Positions 30,289 to 40,235 of a stretch of 64,000 nt of DNA are shown here, piece by piece (positions within the stretch are counted from its first letter, which is position 1; each line of letters begins with the position of its first letter). The stretch is taken from the IMG/VR virus record IMGVR_UViG_3300007735_000883, positions 2,141-66,140 of that record; one strand, 5' to 3'. The stretch is from a virus (taxonomy: Duplodnaviria > Caudoviricetes). Position numbers and translations under genes: made by a program. The notes below the pieces were generated by a model. It had not been told where the DNA came from and did no database searches. It saw nothing but the letters and a program-made list of their open reading frames with translations.

Positions 30289-33077
30289 TGAATATTGTAG
30301 GATTTAGTTCTGTTAAACAACTAGGCAATGCTAGTATTAGTATTGGTAATACTGGCCCTACTGGTCCTATAGGCAATACTGGCCCCATAGGATTAGGTTT
30401 AACAGGAAATACCGGATCGGGTATTGTTGGAATAACTTTAATTGATCGTTATTTAGTTACTGCGTTTTCTAATGGAACTACGTATTCAACACCGAATAAA
30501 ATATACGGAGCTACTGGCGGATTTACTTACATAGTAGATTTTTTAAATGCCGGTTCTGGTATTTCTATAGGTTATGGAATTACCGGTTCTAATGGGTTGA
30601 TTTTACGACCAATACGTATAGTAAATAATACAGCCAATAATTTATCTGTAACTTCTACATCTAGTGACGTGACCGTAAATCTGGCTACTGTAGGTGGTGC
30701 TGGGGTTACGCTTGTTCCTAACTCTACTTTTACTGACGCGTATCTTTTAAAATTTAAAAATAAAAAATTAAAAAGAATTGCGGCCACTAAAGGAGTAACT
30801 TCTGGAGCATCTTCATATTATGGTTTAGATTTTATAAATTCAAATTTATTTGAAAGAGTACGTGGAATGGGTTGGACTGGTTCTACTGGTTCAGTTAATT
30901 GTGTTATTTCTGGTGTCGGTGTTACATGTGATATTGATCCGTTTGAAAAAGAATATGATGAATTAATGTACGGATTGACTTCTAAAATATTTGTTGGTGA
31001 TTTTAATGGCCGAACTGCTAGTATCAATATTGCTACATGCCCAACAGACGGAAACGCTTACGGTTTTGAAATGTACATTCAGAACGCAAAAAACCCAATA
31101 AATTTAAATAATAGATTTACGTCTACAAGCCCCATAAAATGGCCATTAAACAGAACTCCGTGTTTTAGTTCTGATGGGGCAACTTGCGATATCAGAGTAT
31201 CTTTTTTTGGTATTCAAGGAATTTGGTATGCTACCGCAAAACATATTGGTGTAAATTCTGTATGTAATGATGAAGGACTATTTTATAGAACTTGTACATC
31301 TTCAGAAGGATTTGATGTTTTTATACCGGATCAACCACAAATTATAGGAGCATGCTGTAAACCTGATGGTACTTGTACAGAAACTAGTGCAACAATTTGT
31401 ACTGGTTATTTTCATGGAATAGGAACTACATGTGGTTCTGTTTATAATTCTATATGCAATAAACCTGGTGCGTGTTGTGTGGTTCCTCCGGGACAACTAA
31501 ATTTTTGTTTTGAATTAACATCTAGTGAATGTTTGGGTATATCTTTTTCGCATTTTGCAGGAAACAGCACTAATTGTTCTGGAGTAAATTGTGGCCAAAT
31601 TACTGAAAGACTAGGAGCTTGTTGTGACGGTTTAGGTGGCTGTTCTCAAACCACAAAAACTGATTGTGTTAATAATTCTGGTTATTTTCAAGGAGTAGGG
31701 TCTGAATGTGTTAGTAAATATACTGGGTTATCCATATGTTCTGGTGGAACTGGTCCGTGTTGTATAAATGGTGTGTGTTCCACTAATTCTGGTTCAGAAT
31801 GTCTTGCAAATAATGGCTATTATCTGGGAACTGGAAGAAGCTGTTTTGAATTTGTTTGTCCTGCTTCAGTTTCTTGTCTTGGCTATGTAAACGGAATTCC
31901 TGTCCGTAGTGGTCAAGAATATGGTGGTGGTATAATTGTTGGTAGATTTGAACCAGGAAAAAGTAAAATATTAGGAGCAAGCAGTCTATTTAATCCCACA
32001 AATATTGATACTATAGGTGGCACTACAGTATTTGATTGTGAATTTTATACTTCATTTTTAGACCATACAGCATACGGCATAACAAAAGATTGTGGATTTA
32101 ATAATGAAGCGTATATTATTATAGTGTACCCAGAAGATGTTGTTATAAATGGAAACAAAACATTTTTATGGGGAATTACAGGTTCTTCTTGGGGTCCGTT
32201 GTTAGACAGTGGAGGAAATTATTCTGATTTTAGTTTATTATCAGATCCCTCTGATCCCAATTCAACACCTATACAGTATTACGATACTCATTTACGTTAT
32301 AGCGAAGGATTTTGGTCTACACAATCCACCGAACCTTTACAAAATTTAATTGTAAAAACATTTCCAACTTGCTCTAGTTCTGTTGTGTATGGTAATGGTG
32401 GTGTTGCCAGAGTATTTTCTAAATCACCATATGGACTTCACGGATCCTGGCATCATTCTTGGGGCTTGTATAATACAGTAAGAGCAATATCAGCAAACAA
32501 TACGTATGTAAAAAATGTATCATTAGCTGGTGTATTTAAGTTTAATGAATTTGAATACACTAGTGGTTATAACGCATTTAAAGCTGTAAGAACCATACCG
32601 GACGGACTAACTTCTCCGGTTCAAGGAATTACAGCAAATTCTGCCAGTTTATCTGGTTGGTATCTACCAAGTCATGACGAACTTGCGTTTATTGCATCTA
32701 GCACTGCTAACATGTACGGATTTAATATTAACACCCATTTGATGACTGTTTATGATGGTGAACCACTAAATGGAATTTATTGGTCTTCAACAGGAACTTT
32801 TGATTACGATAAAGACGAAGGCGTTTACGATACCACTACACCAAATCAAAAACCAAAACCAGGTTCTGTAGCAATTGCTATGGACATGGATGTAAATGGT
32901 AGTTCTTATAAAGCATATAAATCAGAAAGAACCAAAAAATATAAAGTTAGACCTATTCGTATGTTGCGTTGCGATGCAACCATACCACAAAATAGATACT
33001 TATGGTTGATTCCTAGTGTATACGAATCAAAAATAAATCAAAGAAATATTGATACACTTAATATAGAAGCAATATGA
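30288..33077 (+). CDS. Cys-rich fibre-like protein with GxTG collagen-like N-terminus, GACC repeats and DUF1566/Lcl-like C-terminus
   Basis: GNTGPTGPIGNTG; four G[AP]CC modules; GQEYGGGI, GWYLPSHDEL, YWSST, VRPIR. Confidence 0.7.
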   Translation: MNIVGFSSVKQLGNASISIGNTGPTGPIGNTGPIGLGLTGNTGSGIVGITLIDRYLVTAFSNGTTYSTPNKIYGATGGFTYIVDFLNAGSGISIGYGITGSNGLILRPIRIVNNTANNLSVTSTSSDVTVNLATVGGAGVTLVPNSTFTDAYLLKFKNKKLKRIAATKGVTSGASSYYGLDFINSNLFERVRGMGWTGSTGSVNCVISGVGVTCDIDPFEKEYDELMYGLTSKIFVGDFNGRTASINIATCPTDGNAYGFEMYIQNAKNPINLNNRFTSTSPIKWPLNRTPCFSSDGATCDIRVSFFGIQGIWYATAKHIGVNSVCNDEGLFYRTCTSSEGFDVFIPDQPQIIGACCKPDGTCTETSATICTGYFHGIGTTCGSVYNSICNKPGACCVVPPGQLNFCFELTSSECLGISFSHFAGNSTNCSGVNCGQITERLGACCDGLGGCSQTTKTDCVNNSGYFQGVGSECVSKYTGLSICSGGTGPCCINGVCSTNSGSECLANNGYYLGTGRSCFEFVCPASVSCLGYVNGIPVRSGQEYGGGIIVGRFEPGKSKILGASSLFNPTNIDTIGGTTVFDCEFYTSFLDHTAYGITKDCGFNNEAYIIIVYPEDVVINGNKTFLWGITGSSWGPLLDSGGNYSDFSLLSDPSDPNSTPIQYYDTHLRYSEGFWSTQSTEPLQNLIVKTFPTCSSSVVYGNGGVARVFSKSPYGLHGSWHHSWGLYNTVRAISANNTYVKNVSLAGVFKFNEFEYTSGYNAFKAVRTIPDGLTSPVQGITANSASLSGWYLPSHDELAFIASSTANMYGFNINTHLMTVYDGEPLNGIYWSSTGTFDYDKDEGVYDTTTPNQKPKPGSVAIAMDMDVNGSSYKAYKSERTKKYKVRPIRMLRCDATIPQNRYLWLIPSVYESKINQRNIDTLNIEAI

Positions 33078-34174
33078 CCAGAGTAGGAAATAGTACATTT
33101 GTTGTTGGGAACATATTTCTAGATACACAAAAGTATCGGGGAAATACTGGTCCTACTGGTCCTGTGGGAAATACAGGACCTGATGGTATTTCTGGACCAA
33201 CAGGAAATACTGGTATAGGCGTTTCGTATATTCTATATGTAAATTCGGATGGTATTACAATATTTTTAACAGACAGTACCGAAATATATGTAAACGGATT
33301 ATCGGGAAATACATTTACAGATTTTACTTCAACAGGAACAGACGTTTATTATAAATTATCTGGCGCTACCGGAATTATCCCAAATCAGAGTTTTGAAATA
33401 CGTGGTTCGGTATTGGGTTTTACTGGTTCATTCAAGCCTATAAAATGGCTTGGTGGTTTAACGTCTGCTTATTCAGGCAACGATTTAATTATTTCTGGTG
33501 TAACAATTAGTGGTGGATACGCTCTAGGTGAGTTTGGTTCGGGACTGCGTAGTGATGGAAATACCGCCTCTGTTTTTCCTGTAAATATTTTTAAATACGA
33601 AGAAAATACTGCAGGATTAACAACAGTTCATATTGCCAGAGTAGCTCTTTCACAATTTCATCAAGGTTATGAAGCAAATAACACAAATATCACCGAATCT
33701 TTAAGCACTACAATCAACACATATCTAGGAAATACTGCAAATATTGCGTTTCAACAACACCAATTTTCTTCTACTGATGGAACAATCGACAGACAGACAC
33801 AAACTACTCTGTTTTCAGAATACGCCAAAATAGGAGCAATAACTGGCCCAAAGAAAATATTTAGAACAGAAAAGACCTATAATGTTGACGGTGATGTAGG
33901 TGTTCCGTATAGCCCATTTGTATACGGTTCGTGTTGTTTTTGTGATGCTGATGGTCGTCCAAGATGTATAGATTACGTAAATTCAAATTTATGTGGTACT
34001 TTAATAAACGGAACGTATTCACAGCAATCATGCCAAGACAGAAAAACCGGAGACTGTAGAGACGTAGGAAAATGCTGTATTAATAATAAGTGCCAAAATC
34101 TTGATAATTTTACGTGTAAACGTTTAGGTGGAGTTTTTACGAGAAATCAGGTGTGTTCTGGGCCATCGTGTTAA
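33074..34174 (+). CDS. Cys-rich fibre-like paralog
   Basis: GNTGPTGPVGNTG N-terminus; GSCC and GKCC modules at the C-terminus. Confidence 0.65.
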   Translation: MTRVGNSTFVVGNIFLDTQKYRGNTGPTGPVGNTGPDGISGPTGNTGIGVSYILYVNSDGITIFLTDSTEIYVNGLSGNTFTDFTSTGTDVYYKLSGATGIIPNQSFEIRGSVLGFTGSFKPIKWLGGLTSAYSGNDLIISGVTISGGYALGEFGSGLRSDGNTASVFPVNIFKYEENTAGLTTVHIARVALSQFHQGYEANNTNITESLSTTINTYLGNTANIAFQQHQFSSTDGTIDRQTQTTLFSEYAKIGAITGPKKIFRTEKTYNVDGDVGVPYSPFVYGSCCFCDADGRPRCIDYVNSNLCGTLINGTYSQQSCQDRKTGDCRDVGKCCINNKCQNLDNFTCKRLGGVFTRNQVCSGPSC

Positions 34175-34192
34175 TACTAAATAAATATAATT

Positions 34193-37100
34193 ATGCCATC
34201 CATATCCATAGGTAACAGCACAATATCAGGAAATGCGTTTTCTCTAACAGGACCAACCGGTAATACTGGTCCTAGAGGTATTACAGGAAACGTTGGCCTT
34301 ATAGGTATTACTGGTGGCCCCACCGGTTCTACAGGTATTTACATAAAAAATGTTGTAAAAACTGATGCTGGATTTTTATTTTCGATGTTTGGTGGAACTA
34401 CTATTGGTCCGATATCTGGATTCACGGGCCCTAATATATTGTATTATTCGTCCAAGGGAATAAGTGCTGCATTCGGTACCGACTACTCTAGTGTATTTTT
34501 ATACGCAACTGGAGGCATGACTTTTGCGTTTAGAGGAATTTGTGGTGGTAACGAATACGTTACTTCTTCAGTGAGTTCAGATGGCAGAGAAGTATTAGTA
34601 ACTGTTCAAAACCTCCCATCAGGTTCTGTCTTATACGGTATAAGCACAGATAATTTCTTAGCGTATACTAACAGTTCATACACTGCTACTAAAACTAAAA
34701 TTAAAATTGAAAATCAAACAACAGAAGACGATACTAGTTCGTTTAAATCTTCTACAAATTTTGGAACATTAAATTTTGGTTTGACTGCAAATGCTGTTTC
34801 CAATAAAATAAACGATGTTGAAACGTATTTGGATTCTACCCATCCATTTTTACCTATATCAAGTTTAAACAGAAGTTTTAATCCTGTTAGCGTTTTAAAA
34901 ACAAATGGAATACGTAGCATAGATTCTGGTGGTTACGTGTTGGATATGAATAAAGCTTCTGTTTTTAAAATTAGTACTCCAGTTGGTATAACTTCATTTT
35001 ACGTAGACACAAACGCTCCACAAAAATTAAAAACTTGGTTATTTTTTATTGAAGGCAGTGATGTTTGGAATTTTCCACAAAATGTGTACTTTGAAAATGG
35101 AATAACAGGTATACAAAATTACGCGTTTAGTCCAGGAATGAATATTCTTAGAATTGAATCAGATCCTATAAATAATAATTCTTTTTACGCATCATTTGTT
35201 GATCGTTTCTTTGGCGATTCTGGTGTTGGTATTAAATACGGTGGTATAGGTTCGTGTTGTAAAACAGACGGCACTTGTGAAGACTACACCACACAGTCTG
35301 TTTGTACTGATGTATATCGTGGTGTATTTACTCCTTTAGCTAGTTGTGCTAATACCTGTGATGTTGGTTCGTGTTGTATAAACGGAACATGTTACGATAC
35401 TGTTCAGCGCAGCGTATGTGCTGCCGCAGGTGGTGTGTTTGGATCTTCTAGCTGTAGTGTTCGTGGGCCGTGTAATCTGGTGTATACGGTAGAAACCGTG
35501 GATCCCCCAGAATCGTCTACAGTTATTGAATACTCTAATTCTGCATCTGTAGCAAATCCACAGATAATAGCAACATTTAACGTAAAAACAAATCAAGCAA
35601 ATTCAAAGGTAGAAATACCAAATGCAATTAATGATTCCCAAGGAGCGTTAGAAGGAGAATTTTTCATCAAAGATCATCTGGGCGTACAAGATGTTTCTGG
35701 AGTATATACTATATCAACCCCTAATCTAAATCCGGGATTAACATTTACTCTACAATTTAATAATTCTCAAGATGCAATGGTTCCGGGAACAGTTTATATT
35801 CCTACTGACTTTACTGTAAAATTAAAAGACAGTTCTGGTGTAGATAAATCTAGTTTAATATACAACCTAAAACCCAGCGTGATAAATACGTGTGCTGGTG
35901 TTCCTAATAGTGTGCTGATAAAAACACACTATTTTGCTAATCGTTATTGTAGAGACTGTTATAATAAATTATACAGTAGAACAACGTATTATCCTGTCCA
36001 AAAACAAAACGGATCTTTTGATTTTTGTGTAAATTTAACAAAAAATGAAGAAGGTAACTACGTTACTACACCAGTTTGTACCGTAACATCTGATGTGGAA
36101 CACGTTAATGACTGTAAAATTACAGCTTTAAATGAATACAGCTCAATGGGCGATACTGTTGCAGAACAGTGCCCACATATAGATCACCAATTTAATCCAG
36201 CAAACTGCAATACTCCATGTAATATTGCAGTTCCTGTCACGGCTTATAGTGGACCTGGATCTGGATCACAAATAGATGTAGATAGCTGCAAAGGCATTTC
36301 TTTAGAAAATCAAACCAGATATCCATATTGGCATGAAGTTTCTATAGAAAACACATCACAACTACAAAACGATCTTGTTAGAGCGGGAGTGACACTTTCT
36401 CAAGATATTGATTATATAATGAGCAGTATAAAAAACAGTATTAGCGACAGTTTAAATCCAGACAATAATCTTCAAGTTTTATTTAATTCCACAAATCAAG
36501 GTAAAGGTATAACATTTGTTAGCAATCCTGCTTACGCTAGTTGTTGCCCCGCCGATGTTATAACCAGTCCTTCTGGTGCTTCAAGTTGTTTAGATTTTAC
36601 TGGATCCGCAACTTCTAAACCTAGATTTTTTGTAATTTATACTGGGACTGTAGACAGTATGTATTGTTCCGGTGATGGTGGTGTGCCAAGGCAGGTTCAG
36701 CGCTGCGCATTTAGAACAAGTACCAAGTACACTTATGCTATAATAATTAAAGCTTGGTTTACAGTGGCAACAGACGGAACAGTTACAGATTTTATAGACG
36801 CAACAAAACCGGGGTGTGTAGTCGATATAATTTGTACCAGGCGTGAAGCAGAAAGAAGCTGTGGTTCTGGAGGCAGTTCAATTTGTACTGGTGTTTCTTG
36901 TGTTTCTGAACACGATAACGAATATTCTATAGACAGAATATCAGAAATTAAAGTTTCAAATACCACCGGAGCCAGTTCGTGTAAAAAATTAATATTAACA
37001 AAAACCGAATATCAAGATGGTGCATGTTCTAGTGCTGGAACAAAATCTTTCAGAATAGACATAAACGAAACTACAAACTGGTACAGCAGTAGTCAGCAGT

Positions 37101-38269
37101 ACGCACTTATAGAACAACAGTTATACGAACTTTTTTGGTATCCTTTATTTTGTTCTGATTGTGATGGGTCCGTTACTGCGTGCACTACCGGTGATTGTTT
37201 AAATCTTTGTTTTGGAAACGGGTCCCCGTATTCTTCTTCTATAACAAGCAGTAATGTTCAGTGTACAATGCAACCGTCTGTAAACAGAATAATAATAATA
37301 GAAAAAACAATAAGTGGAACAGATACAATACTGACTCCCAGAATTTATGGTCGTGGTGCTTCAGGGCTAGAAGAAAAAACAAACGAGTCTGTGTATTACG
37401 TGTTAGGTCAACCTACCGATCCATCAGATGTAAATACATTATACCGAGATTCGTGTAATAACCCAGACAATACGTATAAATTTTTTAACTTGCCGCGAAT
37501 TTTAAGTGGAACCCCCGTACAGATAAAATCTAATTTATTAGAAACAAATGAATTTACGGTGTATTATACCAACGGACAACAAAAAGAATTTTACGAATGG
37601 TATGCGTATTCTTGTGATGGGGGCGACACAAGAAATGCTCCAGTTCGTATAGTAAAAAAACACAAAGAAAGCACTTCATTTTTGCCCGGTATAGACTTTA
37701 ATTGTGTTGTAAACCCTAGGTCAGCAGACGAATTTGAAATTAACATAACAACAAAATGTGAAAATAATAACCCATCATGCATAGATGTAGAATATGACCA
37801 AGATATACCAGGATATGTTATAAAAAATACTAAATGGAAAATTGTAGAAATGCAGTCTAATGTGTGGTACGAATATAAAGATACAGATGGAAAAAACACT
37901 AAAATTGTAAATTATACCGACAATGTTACAACATTTGGCCCAGATTACATTTCGTCTATTTACGATATGGACAGCCAATATATTTTAGATAAAAATAGAT
38001 TCCCAACAGATAGGTACAGCACTCCCGGTAAAATTAATATGTTTATATCAGTTAGAGCGAATCTATACTACCAACCGGTTGGATATAGACTAGTAGAAAA
38101 AACTAAAGTTATAAGCATAGATCGCAACACACTACGTCTTAGTTTAACTTCTTCTGGGTCTAGAAACACTAAATATAAATTAATAACAGACGAAGAAACA
38201 GGCAAATCTCAATGTGTGTTGATGGATTGTTCTGTAACTACCGATTGTAACACTCTTCCGGATTGTTAA
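34193..38269 (+). CDS. Large Cys-rich fibre-like paralog
   Basis: 1358 aa; GPTGNTGPRGITG N-terminus, two GSCC modules, many further Cys. ACTAAATA late-like motif at 34176. Confidence 0.65.
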   Translation: MPSISIGNSTISGNAFSLTGPTGNTGPRGITGNVGLIGITGGPTGSTGIYIKNVVKTDAGFLFSMFGGTTIGPISGFTGPNILYYSSKGISAAFGTDYSSVFLYATGGMTFAFRGICGGNEYVTSSVSSDGREVLVTVQNLPSGSVLYGISTDNFLAYTNSSYTATKTKIKIENQTTEDDTSSFKSSTNFGTLNFGLTANAVSNKINDVETYLDSTHPFLPISSLNRSFNPVSVLKTNGIRSIDSGGYVLDMNKASVFKISTPVGITSFYVDTNAPQKLKTWLFFIEGSDVWNFPQNVYFENGITGIQNYAFSPGMNILRIESDPINNNSFYASFVDRFFGDSGVGIKYGGIGSCCKTDGTCEDYTTQSVCTDVYRGVFTPLASCANTCDVGSCCINGTCYDTVQRSVCAAAGGVFGSSSCSVRGPCNLVYTVETVDPPESSTVIEYSNSASVANPQIIATFNVKTNQANSKVEIPNAINDSQGALEGEFFIKDHLGVQDVSGVYTISTPNLNPGLTFTLQFNNSQDAMVPGTVYIPTDFTVKLKDSSGVDKSSLIYNLKPSVINTCAGVPNSVLIKTHYFANRYCRDCYNKLYSRTTYYPVQKQNGSFDFCVNLTKNEEGNYVTTPVCTVTSDVEHVNDCKITALNEYSSMGDTVAEQCPHIDHQFNPANCNTPCNIAVPVTAYSGPGSGSQIDVDSCKGISLENQTRYPYWHEVSIENTSQLQNDLVRAGVTLSQDIDYIMSSIKNSISDSLNPDNNLQVLFNSTNQGKGITFVSNPAYASCCPADVITSPSGASSCLDFTGSATSKPRFFVIYTGTVDSMYCSGDGGVPRQVQRCAFRTSTKYTYAIIIKAWFTVATDGTVTDFIDATKPGCVVDIICTRREAERSCGSGGSSICTGVSCVSEHDNEYSIDRISEIKVSNTTGASSCKKLILTKTEYQDGACSSAGTKSFRIDINETTNWYSSSQQYALIEQQLYELFWYPLFCSDCDGSVTACTTGDCLNLCFGNGSPYSSSITSSNVQCTMQPSVNRIIIIEKTISGTDTILTPRIYGRGASGLEEKTNESVYYVLGQPTDPSDVNTLYRDSCNNPDNTYKFFNLPRILSGTPVQIKSNLLETNEFTVYYTNGQQKEFYEWYAYSCDGGDTRNAPVRIVKKHKESTSFLPGIDFNCVVNPRSADEFEINITTKCENNNPSCIDVEYDQDIPGYVIKNTKWKIVEMQSNVWYEYKDTDGKNTKIVNYTDNVTTFGPDYISSIYDMDSQYILDKNRFPTDRYSTPGKINMFISVRANLYYQPVGYRLVEKTKVISIDRNTLRLSLTSSGSRNTKYKLITDEETGKSQCVLMDCSVTTDCNTLPDC

Positions 38270-38270
38270 T

Positions 38271-39551
38271 ATGAGCATACATTTTAGATCAAGAATAACC
38301 AATCAACAGCTAAAACCAACAGTAATTACGACTGGTAGTGGTTGGTGTTGTTCTACATCACGAGTGGTTGCTAACAGAACTCTTTGTCAAGGTGGATTTT
38401 TTATTCTCGGCGGAACAAATAATGCGTTTTGCCCACAAACTGCAACTTGCAGATCTGGGTTTATAGGTACAAATGGAGCGTGTTGTTATTGGGAAAAAAG
38501 CAATGATATCTATTCACAAGTGTGCGAAAATGTGGACAGTGCTATAGACTGTGCTGAAAAAAATCAAGGGTTAACAGACGGATTATACCCCACATTTACT
38601 CTGGGCGGATCGTGCATTGAGCAAGGTGGAAGTGTGTCGTGTGGTGGGGTGGAGAATTTAAATCCAGATCAAGTATTTTTAGACAACAGAGACGCCGATA
38701 TAACGCAAGATGTACTTGTAGGCTATTGTTGTGGAGATGTAGGAGATTGTAGCAAAACACTAGAAAGAAAGTGCAGTGGAACTTGGGCACCACCGCATAA
38801 TACACAGTTATATTCGTGTGAATCTGATATTTGTTCTGGTATTTTAAGATCAATGACGGACGATCCTCGAATACCACCAGTTATAACAACATACGAGTTA
38901 GAAAACACAACAAATGAACTTCAAAAAGTACCACAGATAGGACAGTATTATCAGGGTGGAATTTATATTGGAACGTTTAGTGTTATAAAAAATAGTGAGT
39001 CTACAGTTTTTGGAAACACCAATACAGGTGATGGTAATCCGCATAAAGCAAGGTCCAGCAATTCTTTTAATACTATAGGAAAATGGATTCTTATTGCTGA
39101 TGATGAGGATTTAGAGTTTGAAATGCCGTTCAACGAGTCGGATGAAGCTCCAGCAAATATAAATGTGTCGTATAGTGACGGCTTATACAATACACAAAAC
39201 AACACTGAAACTAAACTGTTTAAAATAATAAAAAATTATAAGAAAAATGGATTTCAGGACTGGTATCTTCCAAGTCAAGACGAACTTGCGTTTTATTTTA
39301 ATAATATAAAACTGGACACAGAAATATACAAACAAGCAAATATGAAAGAAGGACTGTATTTGTCGTCTACAGGATTTAAATTGGGCAACACTCAACAAAT
39401 ACAATCCAACTATTATAATTACGCTCAAACTACACTAGAAACCGACACTTACGGAAAAGTGTCGTTATTAAACAGAAAAGCACCAGCAAAAATTCGTTTG
39501 TTTAGAAGAATTTATGTAATAGATCCAATTTTAGTGAGAGAAACAAATTAA
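38271..39551 (+). CDS. Cys-rich protein with DUF1566/Lcl-like C-terminus
   Basis: GWCC, GACC, GYCC modules; IGQYYQGGIYIG, GF.DWYLPS.DEL, YLSST, IRLFRRI. Confidence 0.7.
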   Translation: MSIHFRSRITNQQLKPTVITTGSGWCCSTSRVVANRTLCQGGFFILGGTNNAFCPQTATCRSGFIGTNGACCYWEKSNDIYSQVCENVDSAIDCAEKNQGLTDGLYPTFTLGGSCIEQGGSVSCGGVENLNPDQVFLDNRDADITQDVLVGYCCGDVGDCSKTLERKCSGTWAPPHNTQLYSCESDICSGILRSMTDDPRIPPVITTYELENTTNELQKVPQIGQYYQGGIYIGTFSVIKNSESTVFGNTNTGDGNPHKARSSNSFNTIGKWILIADDEDLEFEMPFNESDEAPANINVSYSDGLYNTQNNTETKLFKIIKNYKKNGFQDWYLPSQDELAFYFNNIKLDTEIYKQANMKEGLYLSSTGFKLGNTQQIQSNYYNYAQTTLETDTYGKVSLLNRKAPAKIRLFRRIYVIDPILVRETN

Positions 39552-39554
39552 TTT

Positions 39555-39582
39555 TTGACTATTAATTTTTTTGTTATATACT
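39555..39582 (+). promoter_or_regulatory. Sigma70-type promoter (TTGACT-N16-TATACT)
   Basis: TTGACT 39555-39560, TATACT 39577-39582, then AGGAG SD before ATG 39608. Confidence 0.6.
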
Positions 39583-39607
39583 ACTATATACTATAGGAGT
39601 TTATATT

Positions 39608-40201
39608 ATGGGATGTGGATGCAATAAAAACAAAAATCAACAACCGGTAACTGAAACCAATACTCAAGAACAGACTCCAACAACTAATTCTGTTCCTACT
39701 TTTAGAACTGTAAACCAAATTCCTCAAGAAAACGGTATCTTAAATAAGATGAGCATGGTTAAAAGCTTTGCCTCCGCTATGGCGTCTAGAGGAATAAATA
39801 ATAAAAAAACAAGCATTCCAGTAAAACAATTACGTGTTTTAAGTTGTTTTGGTAATACAGATCGTGGTGGTGAGCTGCCTCCATGTGAACATCTAAAACA
39901 AAGCCAGACTCCTGGTAAACATTTTTGTGGTGGTTGTGGTTGTGGTGATAAGCCTCATACTTGGCTGATGGCAAAAGAATCAGAGTACAGTAAATTAGAC
40001 TACCCAAATCTAAACTGTCCTTTAAATATGCCAGGATTTACCAACTACAAACAAAGCGAACCGGATGAAGCAAATGAGCCTATTACTAGACGATACTATA
40101 TTGAAAATATAGATTTTAATGAAATATTGGCAACACCAGTGTCGTCTCCGGATCCTAAACAACCGCCACAGAATCCAGAAACCCAACAAACAAACCAATA
40201 A
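39608..40201 (+). CDS. Small Cys-cluster (putative metal-binding) protein
   Basis: MGCGCNK N-terminus; C...C...CGGCGCG...CPL motif. Confidence 0.7.
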   Translation: MGCGCNKNKNQQPVTETNTQEQTPTTNSVPTFRTVNQIPQENGILNKMSMVKSFASAMASRGINNKKTSIPVKQLRVLSCFGNTDRGGELPPCEHLKQSQTPGKHFCGGCGCGDKPHTWLMAKESEYSKLDYPNLNCPLNMPGFTNYKQSEPDEANEPITRRYYIENIDFNEILATPVSSPDPKQPPQNPETQQTNQ

Positions 40202-40213
40202 ACTTTAAAATGC

Positions 40214-40221
40214 CATAAATA
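40214..40221 (+). promoter_or_regulatory. Late promoter variant CATAAATA (gp13 operon)
   Basis: One mismatch to TATAAATA, 14 nt before gp13. Confidence 0.6.
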
Positions 40222-40235
40222 CGTATAGGTAATTT

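Noticed and set aside
30288-39551. Complete diversity-generating retroelement
   Set aside because: No reverse transcriptase, Avd or ~100-bp template repeat is visible in the window
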